The notes: generated by a model not told the origin, from the sequence alone. Counted from the stretch's first letter, positions 49,572 to 58,816 are shown. The stretch is 64,000 nt of DNA from an uncultured virus (IMG/VR IMGVR_UViG_3300031993_000052) (IMGVR_UViG_3300031993_000052:1-64000), one strand, 5' to 3'. Made by a program: numbers and translations.

Positions 49572-51305
49572 ATGATGAATGCGGAATGTGACACTACTAT
49601 GGAAGAACTCAAAAATTTTCTCAATGCCAAACCCGTGTACTTGCAGGAAAGCAAATTTGCAGTGAAGTTTCCCGATGAGTATGTCACATTGTGCAGTTGG
49701 AAGTTTCCCGACGGGTTCACATTCCAGCAGAAACTTTATCATTATGTCAATGGCGACAATATATTCAGACTTGGATTGTGTCCCACTTGTGGAAAGCGTT
49801 GCAGGTTCAAGTCATTTGGCAGAGGTTACTTTGAGTATTGCAGCAAATCCTGTATCTATACAAAGGAGCGTTCCGAAAAGTGCAAGGAGACAAAACTTGA
49901 ACGATATGGTGACTCCAACTACAATAACATAGAAAAGGCGAAGCGTACTTGTATTGACAGATATGGTGTGGAGAACGTCTCGCTTGTTGAGAGCATATCG
50001 GAGCAGAAATCGGAAACAAGACGTAACAGGACATCGGATGAGAAAGCGGCGACAAGGGAGAAAATAGCACGGACGTGGGCGGCAAAGACAGATGATGACG
50101 TAAACAGGCATATAGAGAGTATCCGACAGGGAAAACTTGAAAAGTATGGGGACGTCAATTTTTCAAATCCGCAAAAGACAAAGGATACTAAACTTGAAAG
50201 ATATGGGACACCAACCTATGTGAACCCTGAAAAAATGGTCGCGACAAAGCGTGCGAAGGCATTGGATGCAGACCCGAACATAATCAGTTTCAATACTGAC
50301 GGCAGCGTGGTCAGGAGATGTGATAATCCATCCTGTGACAGGTGTGATGAAAAGTGCTATACCACATTCACGAGACTTCATTATGACAGAATCAGACTTG
50401 GGTGTATCACCTGCACCAAACTAAATCCCATTGACAGGCACACGAGCGGAGGTGAGAATGAGTTGTATGAATATGTCAGGGGGGTGTACGGAGGAACCAT
50501 AGTGAAGAATGACAGGGGTGTCCTCGGAGGTCAGGAACTTGACATCTATCTTCCTGACAAGAAACTCGCATTTGAGTTCAACGGGTTGTATTGGCACAGT
50601 GATTTATACAAGGACAAGAACTATCACTTTGAGAAATCAAAATCCTGTATGGAGAAAGGTGTGAGACTTGTCCATATATGGGAGGATGATTGGCGTTACA
50701 GGAGGGATATTGTGGAGAACCTCATATCAGGAATATTGGGAAAGCACAATACTTACATAAACGCAAGGAAATGTTCGGTGGGAAAGGTGGATGCAAAAAC
50801 AGCGCGAGTGTTTTGTGATAAATACCATATACAGGGTTATGTGAACTGTGCTGTCAGATATGGTATTTTCTATAATGGAGAACTTGTGATGGTCTCGTTA
50901 TTTGGAAAGCGCAGGCGGATTTGCGGAGGTGTCCCGAAAGAGAATGTTTGGGAACTTTACAGGATGTGTTCGGTGTTCGGAACGAGAGTTCGCGGAGGTG
51001 CGAGCAGATTGCTTGTGCATTTCATCAATGATGTCAGACCGAACTCCATAGTAACTTTTGCCGACTCCTGTATTTCTGACGGTGGAGTCTATGAGAAAAT
51101 GGGTTTTGTGAAGGACGGTGTTGTGCCGCCATCCTACTATTGGGTTGTTGGCATTGAACGTGTGCCGAGATATAGGTTCCAAAAGTCAATGCTTGAGGAG
51201 TGCAAGGACAACTCTGACCTTACGGAGGATGAGGTGATGCGGTCAAGAGGATGCCTCAAAATATGGGATGCGGGAAAAGTGAGATACATCATTGATATAT
51301 CGTAA
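49572..51305 (+). CDS. putative homing endonuclease with GNAT-like C-terminus
   Basis: Shared N-terminal Cys cluster and ERYG repeats; ELDIYLP...AFEFNGLYWH...HIWEDDW; GGASRLL...FAD...G.VY..MGF. Confidence 0.65.
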   Translation: MMNAECDTTMEELKNFLNAKPVYLQESKFAVKFPDEYVTLCSWKFPDGFTFQQKLYHYVNGDNIFRLGLCPTCGKRCRFKSFGRGYFEYCSKSCIYTKERSEKCKETKLERYGDSNYNNIEKAKRTCIDRYGVENVSLVESISEQKSETRRNRTSDEKAATREKIARTWAAKTDDDVNRHIESIRQGKLEKYGDVNFSNPQKTKDTKLERYGTPTYVNPEKMVATKRAKALDADPNIISFNTDGSVVRRCDNPSCDRCDEKCYTTFTRLHYDRIRLGCITCTKLNPIDRHTSGGENELYEYVRGVYGGTIVKNDRGVLGGQELDIYLPDKKLAFEFNGLYWHSDLYKDKNYHFEKSKSCMEKGVRLVHIWEDDWRYRRDIVENLISGILGKHNTYINARKCSVGKVDAKTARVFCDKYHIQGYVNCAVRYGIFYNGELVMVSLFGKRRRICGGVPKENVWELYRMCSVFGTRVRGGASRLLVHFINDVRPNSIVTFADSCISDGGVYEKMGFVKDGVVPPSYYWVVGIERVPRYRFQKSMLEECKDNSDLTEDEVMRSRGCLKIWDAGKVRYIIDIS

Positions 51306-51354
51306 AAAATACATTGTTTTTTGTTATATTTAATAATAACAAAATTTATTGAAT

Positions 51355-51858
51355 ATGCCTGATTTTTCTTTTACATACAAAAATGGCGCGGTGCTTGAGT
51401 ACGACGTTGGAAATTTTGACGCTTGGTGTGTATATCTGACAAGACCTGACGGCAAGCGGATTGCTCCGAGAGACAGGGAGTATTTTTCAAGGATAAAGGA
51501 TTATGACAAGGTGATTGGAGGCGGTGCTGTCTACAAAGACCTTGTCAGGATATACAACAAGACAAACAATGTCCCGAACCCACTTGTGCTTGAGAAAATA
51601 GAGGAGTATTGCCACAGGCGCTATGACGCTTGCTGTGGAAGCGATTATGCAACTTCAATGGCAATAGACTATGGAATAATCTATATGGGTATGGTCGCGG
51701 AGGAAAACAAGAAAAACTCCGTGCTCGGAAAACGTGTCAAAAGACTTGGTTTTCATCAGGTTCTTGTTGAGAATATGGATTGCAGTTGTGCCGCGTCATA
51801 CAGCAAAGGAGTCAAATCGGACGAACTTGACAAACTTTGTAAAAAATATGGTTTTTGA
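51355..51858 (+). CDS. hypothetical protein
   Basis: ~167 aa after a promoter motif. Confidence 0.65.
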   Translation: MPDFSFTYKNGAVLEYDVGNFDAWCVYLTRPDGKRIAPRDREYFSRIKDYDKVIGGGAVYKDLVRIYNKTNNVPNPLVLEKIEEYCHRRYDACCGSDYATSMAIDYGIIYMGMVAEENKKNSVLGKRVKRLGFHQVLVENMDCSCAASYSKGVKSDELDKLCKKYGF

Positions 51859-51860
51859 TT

Positions 51861-52148
51861 ATGGAACAAAGTGAATTGGAAACGAATGTGTGTGTTTTTG
51901 CACACGAGAACAATGTATCGCCTGAAAACGTGCGTGTTATAAAAAAGTCAGAACTTGTTGTCGGGCAGACCTACAACGGCGTATGCAGAAACGCAGACCA
52001 CGCAGTATGGAAAGGCGAGTGCTTTGAGTATTACAGATACAAGTTCGGAAGTTGGTTCAAGGAGGAAATCAACCATTTCGAGGATGACGACGGGTATGAT
52101 GTGTTTGTGCCTATGGAGGTTGTTTCTGCGAAAGACGCCTGCATATAA
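51861..52148 (+). CDS. hypothetical protein
   Basis: 95 aa; Y.G.CRNA..A.W...F.Y.RYKFG...INHFEDDDGYDVFVP. Confidence 0.65.
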   Translation: MEQSELETNVCVFAHENNVSPENVRVIKKSELVVGQTYNGVCRNADHAVWKGECFEYYRYKFGSWFKEEINHFEDDDGYDVFVPMEVVSAKDACI

Positions 52149-52171
52149 ATATAGGAAACATAACACATTGG

Positions 52172-54142
52172 ATGGTTGACGGAAACAGAACTACGGCGAA
52201 TGGAGACCAACTGCTTGTCAGCGTGAAGGAACCATATCTCAACCTGATGGAGATTTCGGGTTACGAGTATGTGGCTAAAGGCGAGACTGAAACATTGTAC
52301 TATACAAAGGAGTTCAGGTGGTCTACGGACGGAATCCTCTACAACGATTGGAAACCCCTGACCAATGAAAACCTGAAGAATATACTCCTAACACCTGACA
52401 AACCTTTCTATCCCCAATACCGCCTCACGCAGAACGGCGACGGAGAACTGACGTTCGAGAGCATCGCGCTCGAAACCGTCACGGAGGAAGGTCTTGTCAC
52501 CTCAATACCGTTGTGCGGCATTGACGACAACAGCAACTGCTGTGGACGGCAGAACCTCGTGTTCGAGTGCTGCGGCGGCGGGTTCAATCCCTATTCGGTC
52601 GGAAACTCCTCCTATGTCTATACCCAACTCTCGCAGGTGGTTTCCAATATGTTCGGTTTCTGCGTGCAATACTTCAAGACAAGCGCAGACCAACGCTCGA
52701 AGGACGTCATCCTGCACGAATACTCATTGCTCAACGTGATTGCGGAGGGGAATGTGAAGATTGTCGTGCCCGACAACCAACTGCCGACGAGGGAGATAAA
52801 CTTCAACCCCCTTATGATGGACTATCCAGTGGTGTTCGAGGTGCATATCGTCAAGCAGGGGTTCAGGAGCGCTTTCGGTCAGGACGCCAAACCCGAAGTG
52901 GGGGACTATCTCTATTTCGAGCAGTATGTGAACAAGATGTACGAAGTGAACGCTGTGTCCGAAACCGACGACTATCTTTACACAGGAGCGTATTGGAGGG
53001 TCAGTCTCGCGCAGTATCAGAAACGGAGCGCGGTCAAGTTCGAGACTCCAGAAATTGAACTTGCCACCGACACCCTCATATTCAACACCGACAAGTTCAA
53101 CATCGAGGTCGAGAAACAGGAGGAGGATGTACGCAAACCTGAACAGTACAACACGATAGGCAAGGTCGAGAACGACTATGTGCGCAGGATACTCGACAAG
53201 CGCCTGAAAATCGAAACGGAGAGTATATACAACAACTGGACGGTCATCTCCAAGCACCATTACGCGCTGAAGTCCATACCTCGCGGGCAGACCGCCATAC
53301 AGTACAGGTATGACAGTGGGTGGGGTGAAAGTGACGACAGGATGTTCACTATGTGGTTCAGACCGAAATACGCGAACCCGAATTTCATAGACTCTTCCAA
53401 CAAGACCTATGCGGACTCGCAGTTTCCAAAGACCGATGTGATGGAAATACTGAACGACGGCGGTTATGCCGTGTTCAGGGTTGAAAGTGTGAAAAACATA
53501 TCGGAGGGTATGCTTGTCCGAGTGAACGGAACCAACTATCCGAAGGTTATGAAAGTTGTGTCGGTGGACTATGAAAACAATCTGTTCAAGGTTAACAACA
53601 GGTATATTGACAACTGCATTGTGGTTAACGCCTGTGTCCTGCCTTCGCAAACCAATGAGTTCCTTGTTTCGGAAGGAGGGTTTGCATTGTCATACGCATT
53701 CAAGTCCGTGTGTGTGTCGTTGGGCGGGAAAGACATTCTGTTCGACCTCAAGAAAAACGGGGCGGACGGTTTCGGAGGTCTTTTGGCGGACAGGTGGTGG
53801 GCGTTCGTCGTTATGGTGAAACCGTCGGAAAAGAAATGCGCATTGTGGATATACTCGTTGAGTTCGGGGAATCCGAACCTCCGCACGATGGATTCCGCAA
53901 TCAGTCAAGTCTATTATTCTATGCAGGAAGTCCACGGAGACCTCACCGTCGGCGACGGGCATTTCGGTTTGCGTTCCTGTGCTATGGACATAACGAACAT
54001 AAGGATATGGAACGAACTGTGCGAGGAAGACAAGCACAATCTCATTCTGTCGCAGTATGTCGTGAAGGATAGTCACAAGTGCGAACTCGTGGACAATGCA
54101 CAACCTGAACTTATGCTCGACAAGGTAACCAATCCGAGATAG
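52172..54142 (+). CDS. virion protein, probably neck/head-completion (gp14-like central domain)
   Basis: Late promoter; FEVHI.K..F...FG..AKP.VGDYLYF....KMYEV resembles gp14. Confidence 0.5.
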   Translation: MVDGNRTTANGDQLLVSVKEPYLNLMEISGYEYVAKGETETLYYTKEFRWSTDGILYNDWKPLTNENLKNILLTPDKPFYPQYRLTQNGDGELTFESIALETVTEEGLVTSIPLCGIDDNSNCCGRQNLVFECCGGGFNPYSVGNSSYVYTQLSQVVSNMFGFCVQYFKTSADQRSKDVILHEYSLLNVIAEGNVKIVVPDNQLPTREINFNPLMMDYPVVFEVHIVKQGFRSAFGQDAKPEVGDYLYFEQYVNKMYEVNAVSETDDYLYTGAYWRVSLAQYQKRSAVKFETPEIELATDTLIFNTDKFNIEVEKQEEDVRKPEQYNTIGKVENDYVRRILDKRLKIETESIYNNWTVISKHHYALKSIPRGQTAIQYRYDSGWGESDDRMFTMWFRPKYANPNFIDSSNKTYADSQFPKTDVMEILNDGGYAVFRVESVKNISEGMLVRVNGTNYPKVMKVVSVDYENNLFKVNNRYIDNCIVVNACVLPSQTNEFLVSEGGFALSYAFKSVCVSLGGKDILFDLKKNGADGFGGLLADRWWAFVVMVKPSEKKCALWIYSLSSGNPNLRTMDSAISQVYYSMQEVHGDLTVGDGHFGLRSCAMDITNIRIWNELCEEDKHNLILSQYVVKDSHKCELVDNAQPELMLDKVTNPR

Positions 54143-54210
54143 CGGAAAGCGCTGATATATCAATGATATATCCGCATATAAATATATGCGGAGCAATCAT
54201 AGACATAATT

Positions 54211-54789
54211 ATGGCAGAGATAAAGAAAGCGAACCTTACATTTCCAAAATCTTTCACGAAAAGGAAGAAAACCACTGAAATCATACTCCATTGCGCGGCA
54301 ACGAAGGAGGGCGTGAACTACAGCGTGAACGCAATACACAATATGCACATCAAGAAAGGGTGGAACGGAATTGCTTACAACTACTACATAGACCTCTACG
54401 GCACGATTTGGGAAGGTCGTCCCGAAGACTGCGTCGGGGCGCACACTACCGACCACAATTCAATCTCAATCGGCATCTGCTATTGCGGCGGCGTCGACAA
54501 GAACAACAAGGCGAAGGATACAAGGACGCCCGCGCAGACCGCCGCTATGATTTGGCTGTGCAGATATTTGCACAAGAAATACCCGAACGCGACGTTCCAC
54601 GGGCACAGGGAGTTCGCGAACAAGGCGTGCCCGTCTTTCGATGTCAAGACTTGGATTAAGACGTTCGACCTGAATATGCCAGACAACGGATTGACGCCTG
54701 TCGTGAAGTCGACGGACAACGCAAAAAAAGTGGCGGACGCAACCACGAAGATTATCGACAAGATTTCAAAACTGTTCAAGAAAAAATAA
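54211..54789 (+). CDS. N-acetylmuramoyl-L-alanine amidase (endolysin, T7-lysozyme type)
   Basis: IILHCAAT...GW..IAYNY...GR...GAH...N..SIGICYCGG...GHREF.NKACPSF. Confidence 0.92.
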   Translation: MAEIKKANLTFPKSFTKRKKTTEIILHCAATKEGVNYSVNAIHNMHIKKGWNGIAYNYYIDLYGTIWEGRPEDCVGAHTTDHNSISIGICYCGGVDKNNKAKDTRTPAQTAAMIWLCRYLHKKYPNATFHGHREFANKACPSFDVKTWIKTFDLNMPDNGLTPVVKSTDNAKKVADATTKIIDKISKLFKKK

Positions 54790-54795
54790 ACGACT

Positions 54796-55170
54796 ATGAA
54801 TACATTTTACCTATACACACCAATCTATATCAAAGACCTTTCAGAACACGGTTTCACGCTGAAGCGCGGACGCAAGTTCAACAGCACATTCCTTTTCCAC
54901 AAGGAGTGCGCAATCGGTATGAACGCATATATCGACGAGGACGAAAACGGGGGATACATAGACACCCTGAACGTGACCGACGAGTGCGAGGGAGTGTTCG
55001 TCCGCCTGTACGAGGCGTTCAAACCTCAACTTATGGACGAGTTCTGGTTCACTATGTGGAACTCCCTGAACGATGCGAACAAGACCGAAAGCGAATACAA
55101 AAGGGCATTGGACAATTCCGCATACACAGCAAGGCGTTTGGTTGAGAATGCAATGCGGAAAAACGTATAA
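54796..55170 (+). CDS. hypothetical protein
   Basis: 124 aa. Confidence 0.6.
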   Translation: MNTFYLYTPIYIKDLSEHGFTLKRGRKFNSTFLFHKECAIGMNAYIDEDENGGYIDTLNVTDECEGVFVRLYEAFKPQLMDEFWFTMWNSLNDANKTESEYKRALDNSAYTARRLVENAMRKNV

Positions 55171-55194
55171 ATACAAAAAATAAATTTTGGAACT

Positions 55195-55593
55195 ATGACA
55201 CACATAATGAGAATTGACGAGATGTCTGATGGTATAAAAAAATCTGAAATTACATTTGAAGAATTGATTTCAATGACGGATAATTTTACAGTCAGGTGTT
55301 CTTTACGGAGTCGGTATGATTTTGTAATCAAAAGGGATTTTCTGTTTGATATTGTAAGAAAAAATGGAAATACAATCGACGCTACAATAGAGGAAATGGA
55401 TTCCATTGAAGGTGAAACTAAAAAAATGGGTGTTCGTTACAAAAAGGATGTAAAAATGACATTTGATGAAACTGAAATGTCAATTTCGGCAAATGTTGTA
55501 CTCGCTGATATTTTGAAAGACTTTGACAATGAATTTTTTAGGAAGAATGAACTCATATCAATCGACATAATAGTAGGTGACGATGTTTTTTAG
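55195..55593 (+). CDS. hypothetical late protein (AT-rich)
   Basis: 132 aa after TATAAATA at 55166; N-terminus MTHIMRIDEM. Confidence 0.6.
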   Translation: MTHIMRIDEMSDGIKKSEITFEELISMTDNFTVRCSLRSRYDFVIKRDFLFDIVRKNGNTIDATIEEMDSIEGETKKMGVRYKKDVKMTFDETEMSISANVVLADILKDFDNEFFRKNELISIDIIVGDDVF

Positions 55594-55606
55594 ACATTCG
55601 ATACAA

Positions 55607-55656
55607 TTTTGAAACAAAAAAGGGGAGCACATTGTGCCCCCTTTTTTGTTTCAAAA
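55607..55656. terminator. bidirectional terminator between convergent blocks
   Basis: TTTTGAAACAAAAAAGGGG...CCCCTTTTTTGTTTCAAAA. Confidence 0.8.
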
Positions 55657-55780
55657 AATCCAAATTGGCAGATAAGCAGAAATCGCCGCTTTTACGGCAT
55701 TTTATCTTTTTTATGTACACAGATACCATTTTTTGAACATAGTGTCCAAAACAGGCGAAAACACGCCTAAAATTAAAAAT

Positions 55781-56293
55781 CTATACCCAAGTTATCTTTT
55801 TGTATTCTCCGTCTTCGTAGTAACCGAACGAAAAGCACATCGGGGTTAGGAAAACTGGTTCTGTGATGATGTTCTTTTTGTATTTGTCCGCATACCCCTT
55901 GTTCATATATGCGATTGTGATATGGGGTTTGTAGGTCGTGAACTCCGTGTGGAGGGTGTAGTTCGCCTTTATCGCGGAGTTTGTCGTATGAAGCGCTTGG
56001 CATACCACGCCGCATTTCAGGACGTCGTAGTTGTCGTTGCTGAACACGCTCACGTCTGAAAGCATTGTCTTGTAGTCGTTGAGAGGAAGCAGGTGCTTTT
56101 TCAACTGTTCAAGGTTGACGTCGTTGTCGAGACAGGGAGCGAGCGTGACGTGCGTCTCGGTTTCAAGTCCATAGACGAACGGTGAATCTGGGTCGCTCGG
56201 TTTGTACAGTTCATAGTCCTTGATGCTGTTTTGGATTCCCTTTATGTAGTCAGGTGTTTGGAAGTCCACCATCAAAAATGCGTATTTGTCCAT
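55781..56293 (-). CDS. 2H phosphoesterase (T4 gp57B/Acb1-like)
   Basis: Two HxT motifs (THVTL, PHITIAY); 170 aa; at the 3' end of the tRNA array. Confidence 0.7.
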   Translation of the reverse strand: MDKYAFLMVDFQTPDYIKGIQNSIKDYELYKPSDPDSPFVYGLETETHVTLAPCLDNDVNLEQLKKHLLPLNDYKTMLSDVSVFSNDNYDVLKCGVVCQALHTTNSAIKANYTLHTEFTTYKPHITIAYMNKGYADKYKKNIITEPVFLTPMCFSFGYYEDGEYKKITWV

Positions 56294-56345
56294 ATCTGTT
56301 TTTTTTATTATTGTCGGTTTGTATTTATAAACCGCTGCTTGTTAG

Positions 56346-56418
<73 letters not shown>

Positions 56419-56419
56419 T

Positions 56420-56719
56420 TTACACGTCCTTTGACATAAGGACGCCTATTTTTCCTTCCGTGAAAAGTCTTGCCTGTTCGAGCGTGCAAAAGATTGCGGG
56501 TCGTTCGTTGAACTCATTGTCTATGCAGATTGCGACTCTCGGTTCGGACGGTTCCTCCACATCCTCAAACCAACCGCTTCCGTTCATACAGACCTCGCTT
56601 TCATCATCGACCTCATATACGACATAGCGTTTTGCCGTTGAAATTTCAATGCTTCCGTCAATGGCGGTTCCGAAAATATAGTTCACGCTTTCTTCTTTGA
56701 TAATGTATTTGCTTTCCAT
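56420..56719 (-). CDS. hypothetical protein inside the tRNA array
   Basis: 99-aa acidic ORF with A-rich leader. Confidence 0.6.
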   Translation of the reverse strand: MESKYIIKEESVNYIFGTAIDGSIEISTAKRYVVYEVDDESEVCMNGSGWFEDVEEPSEPRVAICIDNEFNERPAIFCTLEQARLFTEGKIGVLMSKDV

Positions 56720-56745
56720 ATTCTTGATTTTTGTTTTTTAATTTG

Positions 56746-56816
56746 TTGTCGGTCAGAGGGTCGAACTCCGATTAGCGGAACCAGAATCCGCTGTGCTGCC
56801 ATTACACCAACCGACA
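56746..56816 (-). tRNA. tRNA-Gln(CTG)
   Basis: GCGGA-TT CTG GT-TCCGC. Confidence 0.92.
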
Positions 56817-56822
56817 TTACAA

Positions 56823-57014
56823 GACCATTTGAGACAATGCCGCCAACTCTTCCACGTCGTTTCCGATACGCTTAAACAAGGGGTTACATCAATGCTCACC
56901 CCCCAACGGACAGTACGTCCGCTGTATCCGACCCGTATCTCAAATCTTGGGGTGACGTCACTTCCCCGTGAGGACACGTTGTTCTCGGCATAGTCGTCAT
57001 TGCCCACTTTGGTC
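56823..57014 (-). ncRNA. ~190-nt long-hairpin RNA candidate
   Basis: Ends pair (GACCA..GGGCAATG / CATTGTCT..TGGTC); lies between two tRNAs. Confidence 0.4.
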
Positions 57015-57020
57015 ATTGTG

Positions 57021-57092
57021 AGCGGTGGACGGGATTTGAACCCGCAACCCCGACCTTGGCAAGGTCGTATTCTGCCGTTGAACTACCACCGC
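57021..57092 (-). tRNA. tRNA-Gly(GCC)
   Basis: CGACC-TT GCC AA-GGTCG. Confidence 0.95.
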
Positions 57093-57239
57093 ATCGTCTC
57101 TTTTCATCAGACTTCCTTGCAATATCCGAATCTTGTACTACCGGGCATCAATAAGCACATCCGTCCTATTGACATTTTGAGACACACCCGTTTAATTGTT
57201 GTCTATCGTGAAACAATCTAAAGACCGCCTATGTGTTTG

Positions 57240-57311
57240 CAAGACCATAGGATTTGAACCTCCATTTCATCATTGGACGGATGATATTCTACCAAATTGA
57301 ACTATCGCCGC
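57240..57311 (-). pseudogene. degenerate tRNA (GTC loop, broken acceptor stem)
   Basis: D arm and TTCAAAT T-loop recognisable; ATCAT-CCGTCCA-ATGAT; acceptor does not pair. Confidence 0.5.
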
Positions 57312-57338
57312 CGGACGAAATTTTGGACATTTCGTTTG

Positions 57339-57409
57339 CAGGAGTGGAAGGACTCGAACCTCCGTCTACGGTTTTGGAGACCGTCGTTCTACCACTGAAC
57401 CACACTCCT
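57339..57409 (-). tRNA. tRNA-Trp(CCA)
   Basis: ACGGT-CT CCA AA-ACCGT. Confidence 0.95.
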
Positions 57410-57435
57410 ATTCACCGTTGAACTACAGACTCAAG

Positions 57436-57518
57436 TGCGGACGGTGAGAGTCGAACTCACACGGGGATACCCCCACCACCCCCTCAAGGTGGCGCGCCTG
57501 CCATTTCGCCACGTCCGC
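57436..57518 (-). tRNA. tRNA-Leu(GAG)
   Basis: CCACC-TT GAG GG-GGTGG; long variable arm. Confidence 0.93.
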
Positions 57519-57529
57519 ATAATCTCATA

Positions 57530-57696
57530 GATGCAACCAATCACTTTCCGCTTTGGCGGTGTATTCGGACTACGGGTCGATTACCTCCGACGTCCTAATT
57601 ACGTCCATTCTCTCTAACGGGCACTCGATGTCCATCAGTGAAGTTCTATTCGGGGCGTCGTCACGTTTCCCGCTACGGGTCTATATTGGTTGCATC
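57530..57696 (-). ncRNA. ~167-nt structured RNA candidate
   Basis: Perfect 12-bp closing stem GATGCAACCAAT/ATTGGTTGCATC. Confidence 0.5.
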
Positions 57697-57837
57697 CGTT
57701 TAAGAAATTCGGCAAACGAGTTTTGTATCGTCATCTTAAACTAAATGTTGACACAACCGCATCGCATTCTGCGGTCGCTTTGAAACGCCAACAATGTGCC
57801 CACAACGAAGGGTCACAAATCTTGCCGTATCCCATTG

Positions 57838-57911
57838 TACCGGCAGGTGGATTTGAACCACCGTCTCCGCCTTATGAGGGCGGCGCAAGAAACCGACTCC
57901 GCTATGCCGAT
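57838..57911 (-). tRNA. tRNA with CAT anticodon (Met/Ile2)
   Basis: CCGCC-CT CAT AA-GGCGG. Confidence 0.85.
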
Positions 57912-58085
57912 GTTTTGAAAACAAAAACCAACAGGTGTTTTGATTAAACTATGTATTCCTTTTTCTTGCTTATCGGGTCTCGATGACCCGTGGAACCCAC
58001 CTCTGATTTGCCTTGCAGCGTCAGTGATTCTCTGTTGTCAATGCACGGAACAGTTATGCCCTATCGCAATGTTTTTGTTTCCAAG

Positions 58086-58174
58086 CGGAGGGGGTAGGAT
58101 TTGAACCCACGGAACCCTTGCGGGTTCGGCGGTTTTCAAGACCGCTGCAATAAACCAGACTCTGCCACCCCTCC
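58086..58174 (-). tRNA. tRNA-Ser(TGA)
   Basis: GCGGT-CT TGA AA-ACCGC; long variable arm. Confidence 0.95.
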
Positions 58175-58237
58175 AAAAATACTCCTGCTTTAAGGCAAGT
58201 CAGGTGAACCTTTGATATATCATTGATATATCGCTTG

Positions 58238-58311
58238 TGGAGCGTGGGGGAGTCGAACCCCCGACCCCCTGCGTGCAAAGCAGGTGTTCTGGCCAACTGA
58301 ACTAACGCCCC
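58238..58311 (-). tRNA. tRNA-Ala(TGC)
   Basis: CCTGC-TT TGC AC-GCAGG; G3:U70. Confidence 0.95.
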
Positions 58312-58424
58312 GTTTACAACCTTTACAGACCGTATGGTTACACACGGGAAGTATAACCGAACCATACGTCGGTGTGCGCTGAACCCGTATCCGCAAACGG
58401 CAGCAACCGTTCCTAATCGGACAT

Positions 58425-58810
58425 CACGGACTTTACTTTTTTATGCACCTCGCCTTTACAGCGGCACGCACACCATTTCACGCAAACCATAAAGATTGTG
58501 GACAGACTCTTTGGTGTTTATCGCTTTGTCTCCGACTTGCATCGTCGCACTTGCGGTGTGCGAGACCGTGCCTTCTTTTTTATATATGTCATCCCTTCGG
58601 GCATTGGGCAGAAAGGAAAACATAATATATTTGAGAATTTCTCTCTCACGCGCTTGCGTGGTTCCTGTCGGAATGCTCCTTTCCAATACATTGCAGGGAA
58701 CACGTCCCCGCGACCGACAGTGGTCGCCCATATATCATTTCAGGGCATTGCTCCGACAACGGGATGAAAAAGCAAGCGAATCTTATGTTCGCCAAAAAAT
58801 AAAGTCCGTG
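58425..58810 (-). ncRNA. ~385-nt large structured RNA candidate
   Basis: Closing stem CACGGACTTTA/TAAAGTCCGTG; several internal hairpins; no credible ORF. Confidence 0.55.
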
Positions 58811-58816
58811 TCGGAA

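Noticed and set aside
685..54779. Long antisense and alternate-frame ORFs over major genes
   Set aside because: Shadow ORFs expected from codon bias; no motifs or promoters support them.
625..55593. Alternative genetic code (TAG or TGA reassignment as in Lak or some crAss-like phages)
   Set aside because: Code-11 ORFs are long and tile densely, TAG and TGA both end genes at sensible boundaries, and no suppressor tRNA was seen.
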